Shown: piece by piece, positions 8,125 to 17,209 of the stretch
Layout: each line of letters begins with the position of its first letter
Position numbering within the stretch: the stretch's first letter is position 1
DNA from: Alphaproteobacteria bacterium
GTDB lineage: Bacteria; Pseudomonadota; Alphaproteobacteria; Rs-D84
Reading direction: 5' to 3'
DNA length: 64,000 bases
NCBI GenBank assembly: GCA_017549445.1
Contig: JAFYUU010000001.1
Span: 16,332-80,331, forward strand
Position numbers and translations under genes: made by a program
Notes under the pieces: generated by a model
Databases searched by the model: none
What the model was told of the DNA's origin: nothing
Seen by the model: only the letters and a program-made list of their open reading frames with translations

Positions 8125-8463
8125 ATGATTATTATTGCCTTTTCAGAAAAGACATCAAAAATACTGCCCAGAATTGTATGCAGAAAATTCAAGCACGTTG
8201 CACCAATAATTTGCAAGGGCGAGTATCTGGTTATGTTGCAATTTGTGCGACCGGGGGTAATAGAAAAAATCAAATTAAATAATCGTGATTTATCTGTCTT
8301 GGCACAGTTTGGATGGGTGTTTGTATATCTGCCAATCGAATTACCAAATGATTTTTCGACATGCAATATTTGGTCGTGTGTAGGCCTGGCAAAACGAGCC
8401 ACCGCAATACACGCCCCAATGATTCAAACACCCGATGCGTTGTATAAAATGATTTGTAATTGA
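8125..8463 (+). CDS. Hypothetical small protein (112 aa)
   Basis: ATG 8125 with an AGGGGG RBS lies 15 nt after the stop of the previous gene, suggesting an operon. The ORF-track start at 8044 overlaps the upstream gene and lacks an RBS. No recognisable motifs. Confidence 0.55.
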   Translation: MIIIAFSEKTSKILPRIVCRKFKHVAPIICKGEYLVMLQFVRPGVIEKIKLNNRDLSVLAQFGWVFVYLPIELPNDFSTCNIWSCVGLAKRATAIHAPMIQTPDALYKMICN

Positions 8464-8466
8464 AAA

Positions 8467-8488
8467 AAGTGTGCCAATTGGCACACTT
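8467..8488. terminator. Bidirectional hairpin terminator between the 8125-8463 gene and yidC
   Basis: Perfect stem AAGTGTGCC / GGCACACTT with an AATT loop, flanked by an A-run on the left and a T-run on the right. Confidence 0.7.
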
Positions 8489-8491
8489 TTA

Positions 8492-10063
8492 TTATTTTGT
8501 GGAACGCTTGATAATATACATTTGGGCGATACCAAAGATGTTCGATACCGTCCAGTATAAAACCAATCCTGCCGGCATCCATGCAAACATTATTGTGAAT
8601 AATATCGGCATCCAACGCATCATCTTTTGCGTCTGGGCAGTAATATCATTTTTATCCGCTGATTTGTTTTTCTGGGTATTTGCGGACTGCAAATACTGTT
8701 GCAGCCACATGGTCGCACCCATCAATATCGGCAGAATAAAATATGGATCCATTACCGCCAGATCAGATATCCATAAAAATCCTGCACTTCGCATTTGGAC
8801 GGATATCAATAACGCCTTATACAATGCAAAGAAAATTGGTATCTGAATCAGCATTGGCAAACAACCGGACATAGGTGATGTCTTGTGTGTTTGATATATC
8901 TTCATCATTTCCATCTGCAAACGCATCTTGTCGTTGGCATACAATTTCTGGACACGCTGTAATTCGGGTTGCATTTTCTGCATTGCAATCATCGATGTAT
9001 ATGATTTGCGGGTCAATGGCCACATCAAGAAACGCAGTATCAATGTCATCAAAATAATTGCAACACCATAATTCATTACCAATGCATTTAACGTGTTCAG
9101 AATCCACAACATTGGACGTGCCAAAAATCCAAACCAACCGTAATCAATACTGCTGTCTATGCCAGGGATTTTTGCGTTGGCGGTGTCCAGGTTGGACTGA
9201 ACCAATGGGCCTGCATACAGGTTATATTCCACATCCAGTGTTGCACCAGCCAAGACCGTTGTCGCATTTGATGCGGTATTTGACGTGAACAGGTCGCCCG
9301 TCTTTTTTATCGTCATTGTCTGGTCTGGGGTGGAAATGTTTGCGACAGTTTCCCAATACTGGTCCGCAAAACCTGCAAAACCATTTGTTGTGTTATAGGC
9401 ATAGGAACGGCGTGATAACTTGTTCCAATTTATTCTGTCTAAATCAGAGTTTTCATAGACAATCGCACCAGTGGCAACACCTGCGGACTGATTTTCAGCA
9501 GGCACACGAACAATGCGTGCGTATGGGGCAATCGAAATGTCATGACCGGTCGTGTTGCGGATTGTGTCGGAGACACTGATTACATAATCAGATACCGTAA
9601 TCGTGCGGGTAAATTCTACACCGTCTGGATTACGCCAGGTATATGTGTTATCAGATGTGGTATTCCACACGGTCTGGGCCGTAGGTGCAGTGGTGCCAAC
9701 CGCAACAATACCAAATTCAGCATGGGCATCTGGGCCAGACAGTAATGAGACAGGGGACGGGTCAGATGCACTGACTGGAATACCCAATAATTTTACATCT
9801 GAAATACGCAGTCCCTGGACGGTGACATCTATTTTATCTGATGTAATTGCATGTGTTGGAACCGCAGACAAATCAACAACAGGAATATTTTCAGATGAAA
9901 CATTTTCCGCTGACTGTTTAGGCGACATAAACTGCCCCAGGGCCCACCAAGATAATAAAAACAGTATGCACCACCACAGAAAACCAGAAAGGGGTTTCTT
10001 GGTTTGTTTCTTATCGGCCTGCCACTGGTTGAAACCAGAACTCTTATCCATAAATTGAACCAT
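8492..10063 (-). CDS. yidC: Membrane protein insertase YidC
   Basis: 523 aa with an N-terminal TM helix, a large periplasmic domain and a conserved C-terminal core (MQKMQPELQRVQKLYANDKMRLQMEMMKIYQTHKTSPMSGCLPMLIQIPIFFALY). Confidence 0.95.
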   Translation of the reverse strand: MVQFMDKSSGFNQWQADKKQTKKPLSGFLWWCILFLLSWWALGQFMSPKQSAENVSSENIPVVDLSAVPTHAITSDKIDVTVQGLRISDVKLLGIPVSASDPSPVSLLSGPDAHAEFGIVAVGTTAPTAQTVWNTTSDNTYTWRNPDGVEFTRTITVSDYVISVSDTIRNTTGHDISIAPYARIVRVPAENQSAGVATGAIVYENSDLDRINWNKLSRRSYAYNTTNGFAGFADQYWETVANISTPDQTMTIKKTGDLFTSNTASNATTVLAGATLDVEYNLYAGPLVQSNLDTANAKIPGIDSSIDYGWFGFLARPMLWILNTLNALVMNYGVAIILMTLILRFLMWPLTRKSYTSMIAMQKMQPELQRVQKLYANDKMRLQMEMMKIYQTHKTSPMSGCLPMLIQIPIFFALYKALLISVQMRSAGFLWISDLAVMDPYFILPILMGATMWLQQYLQSANTQKNKSADKNDITAQTQKMMRWMPILFTIMFAWMPAGLVLYWTVSNIFGIAQMYIIKRSTK

Positions 10064-10082
10064 AATTATTTACACCTTTGTT

Positions 10083-10610
10083 TTATTTTACATTCTTCAT
10101 ACACCGACGACGGGCATAAATCCAACTGATTAAATATAGACCAACACCACACACAATGCAAATGTCCGCAAAATTAAATGCAGGATAATGCCAACCGCCA
10201 ATATGAAAATCCAAGAAATCAACAACCGCACCAAAACGGATTCTATCTATTAAATTGCCAATCGCACCACCGGCAATCAAGGCCAATGGAACACGTTCGT
10301 AGTTTGCACATCTGCAAAACAGATAATATAAAATTCCGCCAATTATCCCGCCAGTCGCAAATATCAATATAATCGGCAGGTATTCCCCCAATGCATTAAA
10401 CATTGAAAACGCAGTGCCAAAATTCCACGTGAATACTATGTTGAAAAAGTTTGTGACATATGCCATCAAGTATGGATTTGGAACCAATTCCCACGCATTG
10501 CCAACTGGAAACCAAGAACCTGTTATCAGGAATAACAAATATCCCTTGGTAAATAAATCAAGAACAATTACACCAAAAATTATCCCTAATATTGATAATG
10601 TGCGTTTCAT
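10083..10610 (-). CDS. lspA: Lipoprotein signal peptidase (signal peptidase II)
   Basis: Motifs FTWNFGTAFSMF and IGGAIGNLIDRIRFGAVVDFLDF...FNFADICI. The start MKRTLSILG at 10610 (GGGGAA RBS) is preferred over the ORF-track start at 10649. Confidence 0.9.
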   Translation of the reverse strand: MKRTLSILGIIFGVIVLDLFTKGYLLFLITGSWFPVGNAWELVPNPYLMAYVTNFFNIVFTWNFGTAFSMFNALGEYLPIILIFATGGIIGGILYYLFCRCANYERVPLALIAGGAIGNLIDRIRFGAVVDFLDFHIGGWHYPAFNFADICIVCGVGLYLISWIYARRRCMKNVK

Positions 10611-10675
10611 TTTTCTATTCCCCAATTTTGTATGCAGAAAATATAACAATATCAGGCAATAAAAGCAAATAAAAT

Positions 10676-10698
10676 GTCCCCAAATGGGGACTTTTATT
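10676..10698 (-). terminator. Intrinsic terminator after the kef-type gene
   Basis: Stem GTCCCC/GGGGAC (10676-10691) with a 4-nt loop. U-rich tract on the transcribed (minus) strand. Confidence 0.55.
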
Positions 10699-10699
10699 A

Positions 10700-12409
10700 T
10701 TATTCTTGTTTATCTGTAATTTGCGAATCCATATGCTTGTAATTATCGGAACGCATTTCTTCCAACAGGGAACGTATCTTGTTTTCAGATACACCCAAAT
10801 GCGACAGAACATTGCGGCCAAGAAATAAAGAGGACTCAATCGTTTCAGGCATCGCATAGGCAACACCTTCACGCAACAGGGCTCGTGAATCCGCCAGATT
10901 TCTGGCACGGGCAAACACAGGCACACGGGGAGCAATCGATTTTATCATCAATACCGTTTGACGGGCAGAATGTGCATTGTCCAGTGCAACCACAACCGCA
11001 CGTATAGAACGGGGCTTTAACCCAAATTCACGCAAAATATCCGCATTAGACGTGTCGCCATAGACAACGTTAAAACCATTTTCACGTGCCATCATAACTG
11101 TGCTGACATCTAAATCAATCGCAATGTATGGAACCTTGCGGGCGGACAACATTTGGGCGACAATCTGTCCCACACGGCCAAAGCCACAGATGATAACCTG
11201 GGGTTTGATATCAGGGACATCGTTTTCCAAATCACGGGTTCTGCGTTGAGCAGGCAAACGACCCGCACGCCACATCTTGTCATAAATTGCCAGCAATATT
11301 GGCGTCATCATTATCGATAAAACAATTATTGCAGACAAGATTTCTTGGTGTTGGGGTGGGATTGCGGAAATGCCACTGGTTCGCATGGTCTGCAACATCA
11401 GCAATCCAAATTCACCGCCCTGGGCCAATATCAGTGCAATCATCATCGCATCCGAGATAGGAACACGGCGGACACGGGCAACAACAAATATCGCCAAGAA
11501 TTTAACCGCAATCAATCCAACGACACCTGCAACGATAATATACCAATTGGTGAACAGCATTGGCAGATTAAAGCCCATACCAAGGGTGATAAAGAAAAAT
11601 GCCAAAAACATTGATGCATAAGGACTGATTTGTGCGTCAATCTGATGGCGATAGACCGTTTCTGACATCAGCATACCCGCCATAAACGCACCCAGCCCCG
11701 CAGGCAATCCCATCAAATCCAACAACACCGCCCAGATTACTATGTTCAGCATTACGGCCAGCAAAAAGGCCTCTTTGGATTTTAGTTTGGCAACCATACT
11801 AAGCAGTGGTGTCATTACAAAACGTCCCAAGACAACAACACCAACAATCAATGCCACAGATATAACAAAAACGTCAATCGCACTGGCCCCAAGGTTAAAG
11901 GTCTTGCCTGCGAACACTGGCAACATTGCCAAAAGCGGAATAGACAATAAATCTTGGAACAATAAAATTGAAAATGTCTGGCGACCCATGGTGGTGTTTA
12001 ACTGATTACGATCCGTCAATAAATCAAGGGCAGATGATGTGCTGGACATTGCCAACATCAAGGCAACCATTATGCATCCCATCATTGTCCAAGTGGTAAT
12101 CCCAAACAGCAACGGGAACAACATTATTGCAACCATCATTACCTGGGCCAGACCAAAGCCAAATATCGTGCGACGCATATTCCACAGACGGCGGATATTT
12201 ATTTCCAGACCAATCGTGAACCATAAAAACAATATCCCCATATCGCCCAGAAATGACCAGGTATCAGTCAATTCGAACAAATTGAAAACATAAGGACCGG
12301 ATAAAATACCCGTGAACAAAAATGCAACCAACGCACCAATCTTGGCACGACGCAGGCAATACACCAAAACAAATATTATGCCCAGAAACAATAAAACCGA
12401 TATTGGCAT
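10700..12409 (-). CDS. CPA2-family K+/H+ antiporter (KefB/KefC-like) with TrkA-N domain
   Basis: 569 aa. The N-terminal ~380 aa form a polytopic Na+/H+-exchanger-type domain. The C-terminal part is a Rossmann fold (VIICGFGRVGQIVAQML). Confidence 0.85.
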   Translation of the reverse strand: MPISVLLFLGIIFVLVYCLRRAKIGALVAFLFTGILSGPYVFNLFELTDTWSFLGDMGILFLWFTIGLEINIRRLWNMRRTIFGFGLAQVMMVAIMLFPLLFGITTWTMMGCIMVALMLAMSSTSSALDLLTDRNQLNTTMGRQTFSILLFQDLLSIPLLAMLPVFAGKTFNLGASAIDVFVISVALIVGVVVLGRFVMTPLLSMVAKLKSKEAFLLAVMLNIVIWAVLLDLMGLPAGLGAFMAGMLMSETVYRHQIDAQISPYASMFLAFFFITLGMGFNLPMLFTNWYIIVAGVVGLIAVKFLAIFVVARVRRVPISDAMMIALILAQGGEFGLLMLQTMRTSGISAIPPQHQEILSAIIVLSIMMTPILLAIYDKMWRAGRLPAQRRTRDLENDVPDIKPQVIICGFGRVGQIVAQMLSARKVPYIAIDLDVSTVMMARENGFNVVYGDTSNADILREFGLKPRSIRAVVVALDNAHSARQTVLMIKSIAPRVPVFARARNLADSRALLREGVAYAMPETIESSLFLGRNVLSHLGVSENKIRSLLEEMRSDNYKHMDSQITDKQE

Positions 12410-12439
12410 TTTCCCCCCTTCCCCGGTGATATAGTTTAA

Positions 12440-13264
12440 CTATAACAAATCATCGGCCAGCAATGCAAATGTTTTGGGCGATAAATTCTCGGCCCGTTCG
12501 GTGCCAGTCAAACCATATTTTTCCCACGCAACACCTGGTATAATCGCACGTATCATCTTGCGACGTTGGCCAAATAATTTGGCGGTGATTTGTTCTATCT
12601 TGTCCAGATTTTTTATTTCAGAAATTTTAGACGCATTTGGAATTATTTGGACAACGGCACTTTGCACCTTGGGACGGGGAACAAAGGCAGTATTTGGAAC
12701 ATCAAATAAAATTTTTGCGTCCGCAATCAACGAGGTCAAGACCGCCAACCGACCATAATGTTCGGCCCCTGGGGTGGCGGTGATACGTTGGGCAACCTCT
12801 TTCTGGAACATCAATGTTAAGGATTTTATTTTTTCGCCACTTGCAATTTTCTGCAACCAACCAATCAGCAACTGGGTGCCGACATTGTATGGCAAATTTG
12901 CACATACCGCATATTCAGCCAGACCCAATTTAGAAAAATCTACACGCAGTGCATCATCGTATATCACGTCTAATCTGCCGTTCGATGCATCAATCACACG
13001 GGATAAAATTGGCTGGGTCGTTTTGTCTTTTTCAATTGCGATAACACGTGGTGCGTTCGCCATTAAAATTGCACGGGTAAGACCGGCGGGGCCGGGTCCA
13101 ACCTCGACCACGGGGGTGGTAGAGATATCAGGAACACTGCGGGCAATGCGACCCGTCAGATTCAAATCAAATAAAAAGTTCTGGCCAAATTGTTTCTTGG
13201 GTTCAAGACCACAATCACGCATCATTTCCGATACGGGTGGCAATGTTGATACTGTGTCCGTCAT
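12440..13264 (-). CDS. rsmA: 16S rRNA (adenine1518/1519-N6)-dimethyltransferase
   Basis: 274 aa with FGQNFLFDLNLTGRIA and the SAM motif VVEVGPGPAGLTRAIL. Confidence 0.93.
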   Translation of the reverse strand: MTDTVSTLPPVSEMMRDCGLEPKKQFGQNFLFDLNLTGRIARSVPDISTTPVVEVGPGPAGLTRAILMANAPRVIAIEKDKTTQPILSRVIDASNGRLDVIYDDALRVDFSKLGLAEYAVCANLPYNVGTQLLIGWLQKIASGEKIKSLTLMFQKEVAQRITATPGAEHYGRLAVLTSLIADAKILFDVPNTAFVPRPKVQSAVVQIIPNASKISEIKNLDKIEQITAKLFGQRRKMIRAIIPGVAWEKYGLTGTERAENLSPKTFALLADDLL

Positions 13265-13857
13265 AGTGTTTTACGTCCCCCAAATGCTAGTGTCAATGTG
13301 CCATCATCAATATAGTCCAATTCGCCCCCCAATGGCACACCAGATGCCAATTCGGTGAACGATACATCTGGGACATTTCCGATAACCGACATAATGTAAT
13401 GCTGGGTCGTTTTGCCTTCGACCGTATTGGGCAAGGCAAAAATAATTTCTGTAATCTTTTCAGATGAAATACGTCCTGGCAATGTGGTCAGGTTCAGGTC
13501 TTGGGGTAAAATCCCCCCTGCCCCCGACAGCAAACCGCCAATAATGTGATAGCGGCCATGAAATACGGACGATTTTTCCAATGTCCAAACGTCTGCCAGA
13601 TCACGAACAATGCATAACTGGCCATTGGCACGGTTTGCGTCCCTGCAAAATTCACATGCATTGTCACGGTCGGTCAAAACACCACAAACAGGACACGGTG
13701 CAATCGATTCAGACGCATCCAACAATGCCGCTGCCAAGGCAGAACTGCGACCTGTTTTATCCTGCAACAGCGATAAAACTATGCGTTGACCACCACGACT
13801 GCCCACACGGGGTAATTTCGCAAATAACTTAATCAACTTGTCAATTTTTGGATTCAT
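13261..13857 (-). CDS. recR: Recombination protein RecR
   Basis: 198 aa with an HhH N-terminus (LPRVGSRGGQRI), a C4 zinc finger (CPVCGVLTDRDNACEFC) and a Toprim domain. Confidence 0.93.
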   Translation of the reverse strand: MNPKIDKLIKLFAKLPRVGSRGGQRIVLSLLQDKTGRSSALAAALLDASESIAPCPVCGVLTDRDNACEFCRDANRANGQLCIVRDLADVWTLEKSSVFHGRYHIIGGLLSGAGGILPQDLNLTTLPGRISSEKITEIIFALPNTVEGKTTQHYIMSVIGNVPDVSFTELASGVPLGGELDYIDDGTLTLAFGGRKTL

Positions 13858-13869
13858 AAAACAAATACC

Positions 13870-15114
13870 CTAGTGAAAAACAAAACTGTCAATGCCGTGT
13901 TCTGATGCCGAGTTTTTCAGATGCTGGGCAAAATTCTCGCTTAGGCCATTGGCACGAACACGATACATACCGTTGGGGGCCGTTTCGACAACCGCATCTA
14001 TGCCCAAGGTATTTTTGACACGGCCCGCATGGGACATAGCGGTGTTATATGAAGAAAACGCACCAAACTGAACCCCTGTTGTGCCACCAGAATTTGTCGT
14101 AGACGCAGACACGACATTGTTTGTCGTTGCATAAGACGGCATTGCATTGGCAGATGCCGTGTTGTATGCACCACTGAACGTTTGGGCGGGTTGTGGGTTT
14201 GGATACGCCACAGGTTGCGGTTGTGGCGGAACAGGTGCAACCGGTTGGGCATCATAGGTTGCCGCAGGCGGGGGTGGCGTGTGCGTTGCAGGCGACGTTC
14301 CCAATATCGCAAATCCTTTGTTCAACAACTGGGCCGCAACGTTGGCACGGACATCCTTGCTTTCTGCACCCAAAACAACCGACATTAAATGAGAATTGCC
14401 ACGATGGGCCGTTGCAACCAATGAATACTTGGATTTCTTGGTATAACCCGTTTTCATACCATCGCACCCATTAAACGACCCCAGCAGACGGTTGCCGTTG
14501 GTATAGGTTTTCCCGTTATAGGTCCAGGTCTTGATTCCAAAATATTTCCAATACTGGGGGAAATGTTTATAGACCGCCATAGACAACAGGGCAATATCAC
14601 GTGCCGTTGACATGTGGTCGTCATTTGGCAGACCTGATGAATTCTCGAAATTAGTGCGGGTTAAACCGATTTCGTGGGCAACACGGGTCATCAGTTGGGC
14701 AAAGGTTTCTTCCTGGCCACCCTTTAAGTTTTCCGCCAGCACACGTGCAATGTCGTTTGCACTGGTGACGGCAACGGCCTTGATCGCATCTTCGACACGT
14801 ATCTTACTGCCTGCACTGACCCCCAGTTTTACTGGTTCGGCACTGGCCGCAGATTTGGAAACAATCAGATAGTCATCAAGCGATAAACGACCATGTTCCA
14901 GTGCATCAAACGTTAAATATAGTGTCATTATCTTGGTCAATGATGCAGGATAATTTAATTCGTTGGCGTTTTCCTGGTATAAAACACGCCCCGTGTCCAT
15001 ATCCGCAACCAAGGCGGCACGATACTGGGCACCAAAAAGTGGGGTCGCAAACAAACACGCAAATAAAATTAGAAAACGCATTCTCATCAGGAACAGTTTA
15101 GTAAATTTTATCAC
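13870..15114 (-). CDS. D-alanyl-D-alanine carboxypeptidase (PBP5/6, peptidase S11) with C-terminal SPOR domain
   Basis: SxxK (ASLTKIMT), SxN (TSAND) and KTG (KTGYT) motifs. A Pro-rich linker is followed by a SPOR-like end (GVQFGAFSSYNTAMSHAGRV...GMYRVRANGLSENFAQHL). Confidence 0.88.
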   Translation of the reverse strand: MIKFTKLFLMRMRFLILFACLFATPLFGAQYRAALVADMDTGRVLYQENANELNYPASLTKIMTLYLTFDALEHGRLSLDDYLIVSKSAASAEPVKLGVSAGSKIRVEDAIKAVAVTSANDIARVLAENLKGGQEETFAQLMTRVAHEIGLTRTNFENSSGLPNDDHMSTARDIALLSMAVYKHFPQYWKYFGIKTWTYNGKTYTNGNRLLGSFNGCDGMKTGYTKKSKYSLVATAHRGNSHLMSVVLGAESKDVRANVAAQLLNKGFAILGTSPATHTPPPPAATYDAQPVAPVPPQPQPVAYPNPQPAQTFSGAYNTASANAMPSYATTNNVVSASTTNSGGTTGVQFGAFSSYNTAMSHAGRVKNTLGIDAVVETAPNGMYRVRANGLSENFAQHLKNSASEHGIDSFVFH

Positions 15115-15130
15115 ACACGGTCAACAACTA

Positions 15131-15154
15131 AAAAACGCCCAAATGGGCGTTTGT
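15131..15154 (-). terminator. Intrinsic terminator after pyk
   Basis: Stem AACGCCC/GGGCGTT with an AAAT loop. U-run on the minus strand (AAAAA on plus at 15130-15134). Confidence 0.6.
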
Positions 15155-16525
15155 TTAATCCAAGGTTCGCAAACTGATTTTATCTTCATCAACGATAACC
15201 AATTTGCCCATATTGATATTAAAACGACGTGCGGAATTAAACGCATCACGCATACCGAATAATTCTGGACTGTATATTGGGAACACGCCACGGGCCAGAC
15301 ACAACTGGTTCGCAACGACAGATTCATTACAGACCGCAACAATTGGAATATCTGGTTTGCGACAAGATATCTGAATACAAGCAGACGTATCACGGGCAAA
15401 CACAACAATCGCAGACGCACGGTTAAGGTATGCCATTGACGCAACAGAACGTGACCAATCGTTTTCGGGAATATTTTCCACGCGTGACCAATCATATGGA
15501 TTTGCAATCGCATCCATGTCTGCATGCGACAAGATTTTATACATCGTGTCAATCACATTTACAGGATTGATACCGATTGTTGTTTCTTCGGACGTCATGG
15601 TCGAATCCGCACGCAGGTATGCCGTGTTGGCAACGTCTGTAATTTCGGCACGGGTGGGGAATTCACTGTTCACCATAGAACCCAACATTTGTGTCGCAAC
15701 AATTACAGGTTTGTTCATCTTGCGACATTCACGAATAATATGACGAGAAATAGCAGGCACGGCCTCGAAAGGAACCTCGACTGCAAGGTCGCCACGGGCA
15801 ATCATTATACCGTCAGATGCAGATGCAATATCTGTGATACGATCAACCGCATTTGGCCGTTCTATTTTCGCAATGATTTTTATCGGGTGAGATGTGCGGG
15901 CAGTGATGAAATCACGAACCTCGGCAATGTCTTCGGGACGTTGCACAAACGATATTGCGACATAGTCGGGTTTCTTGGTAATCGCATATTCCAAATCCGC
16001 ACGATCCTTGGCCGTTAAAACTGACGTTGAAATTTCTGTGTCGGGCAGATTAAATCCACGACGTGACCAAATCTCGTCCCCACGAATAACGGTTGTTTCA
16101 ACACGGTCTGGGGACACAGAATCAACACGCATTTCAATCTTGCCATCGTTTAACAAAATACGTTCGCCAACATGCAAAGATGACAAAACGTCCGCATCAG
16201 GCAACTGGACACGGGTTTCGTCACCTGGGGTGTCGTCATTGTCAAAAACAAATCGTTGGCCGATGGTCAGTTTATATTTGCCTTCGGTCTTGAAATTACC
16301 AATACGGTGTTTTGGCCCCTGAACATCAATCATAATCGCAACGGGAATCCCCAATTTTTCAGACACAGAACGTATCATGTCGATTTTTGCACCCTGAACA
16401 TCGCCGGTATCATGACTGAAATTCAAACGACACACGTTCACACCCGCAGAAATCATACGGGTTAGGATTTGTTCATCTTCGCACTTTGGACCAATCGAGG
16501 CCGTAATTTTTGTGTATTTGTTCAT
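15155..16525 (-). CDS. pyk: Pyruvate kinase
   Basis: TKITASIGPKCE...GVNVCRLNFSHD, MIARGDLAVEVP and VIVATQMLGSM motifs. The start MNKYTK at 16525 (AGGAAG RBS) is preferred over the ORF-track start at 16573. Confidence 0.93.
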   Translation of the reverse strand: MNKYTKITASIGPKCEDEQILTRMISAGVNVCRLNFSHDTGDVQGAKIDMIRSVSEKLGIPVAIMIDVQGPKHRIGNFKTEGKYKLTIGQRFVFDNDDTPGDETRVQLPDADVLSSLHVGERILLNDGKIEMRVDSVSPDRVETTVIRGDEIWSRRGFNLPDTEISTSVLTAKDRADLEYAITKKPDYVAISFVQRPEDIAEVRDFITARTSHPIKIIAKIERPNAVDRITDIASASDGIMIARGDLAVEVPFEAVPAISRHIIRECRKMNKPVIVATQMLGSMVNSEFPTRAEITDVANTAYLRADSTMTSEETTIGINPVNVIDTMYKILSHADMDAIANPYDWSRVENIPENDWSRSVASMAYLNRASAIVVFARDTSACIQISCRKPDIPIVAVCNESVVANQLCLARGVFPIYSPELFGMRDAFNSARRFNINMGKLVIVDEDKISLRTLD

Positions 16526-16604
16526 ATTTTTTCTTCCTGTTTTTCTTGATTTTTTCGTTTTATGGTATATCATATCTGAGGTAAATAAACAAGGGGAAAA
16601 CGGA

Positions 16605-16853
16605 ATGAAACAAGCAAATCATGGTGCAATCGATAATCAACAGTTGGTCAGCATTATCGAAAGAATTGAAAAGTTAAACGAAGATTCTGCCGCAATCGCC
16701 GCAGACATCAAAGAAATTTTTAGCGAAGCAAAATCTGCCGGATTTGACCCTAAATATATCCGCCAGATGATACGTCTGCGTAAAATGGACCCAGATGAAA
16801 TCGACGAAGTGGACGAACTGACACAAATGTATCGTAATGCGTTGGGGCTGTAA
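16605..16853 (+). CDS. gapR: GapR-like nucleoid-associated protein (DUF2312)
   Basis: 82 aa. QQLVSIIERIEKLNEDSAAIAADIKEIFSEAKSAGFDPKYIRQMIRLRK aligns by eye with Caulobacter GapR. ATG 16605 has a GGGGAAAA RBS. The ORF-track start at 16512 is antisense overlap with pyk. Confidence 0.85.
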   Translation: MKQANHGAIDNQQLVSIIERIEKLNEDSAAIAADIKEIFSEAKSAGFDPKYIRQMIRLRKMDPDEIDEVDELTQMYRNALGL

Positions 16854-17167
16854 TGAAAACATTTACAAAACGCACAGAAGATTTTGTATGTGCCAACTGT
16901 GGCACGGCGGTTCAGGGCAATGGATATACCAACCATTGCCCGAATTGTTTGTGGTCAAGACACGTGGACAATAATCCCGGCGACCGAGAATCAACGTGCG
17001 GGGGCATGATGAAACCGATTTCTGTTGAAACAGACGGGGGCAGATTTGTTATTACGCACAGATGTGAAAAATGTGGTAAAACAATTCGCCAAAAAACGTC
17101 CGACACAGATAATATGGACGCAATTATACAAATCAGTCAAAATAATTCTTTTATTTTTGGAAAATAA
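16853..17167 (+). CDS. RNHCP domain-containing zinc-ribbon protein
   Basis: 104 aa with FVCANCGTAVQGNGYTNHCPNCLWSRHVDNNPGDRESTCGGMM...CEKCGK. Its ATG overlaps the gapR stop (TAATG). Confidence 0.75.
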   Translation: MKTFTKRTEDFVCANCGTAVQGNGYTNHCPNCLWSRHVDNNPGDRESTCGGMMKPISVETDGGRFVITHRCEKCGKTIRQKTSDTDNMDAIIQISQNNSFIFGK

Positions 17168-17190
17168 AAAACCGCCGTTTGGCGGTTTTT
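17168..17190. terminator. Bidirectional terminator between the RNHCP gene and pyrG
   Basis: AAAAACCGCC-GTTT-GGCGGTTTTT, with an A-run and a T-run flanking the stem. Confidence 0.75.
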
Positions 17191-17209
17191 ATTATCTGCC
17201 ATGAACCCA

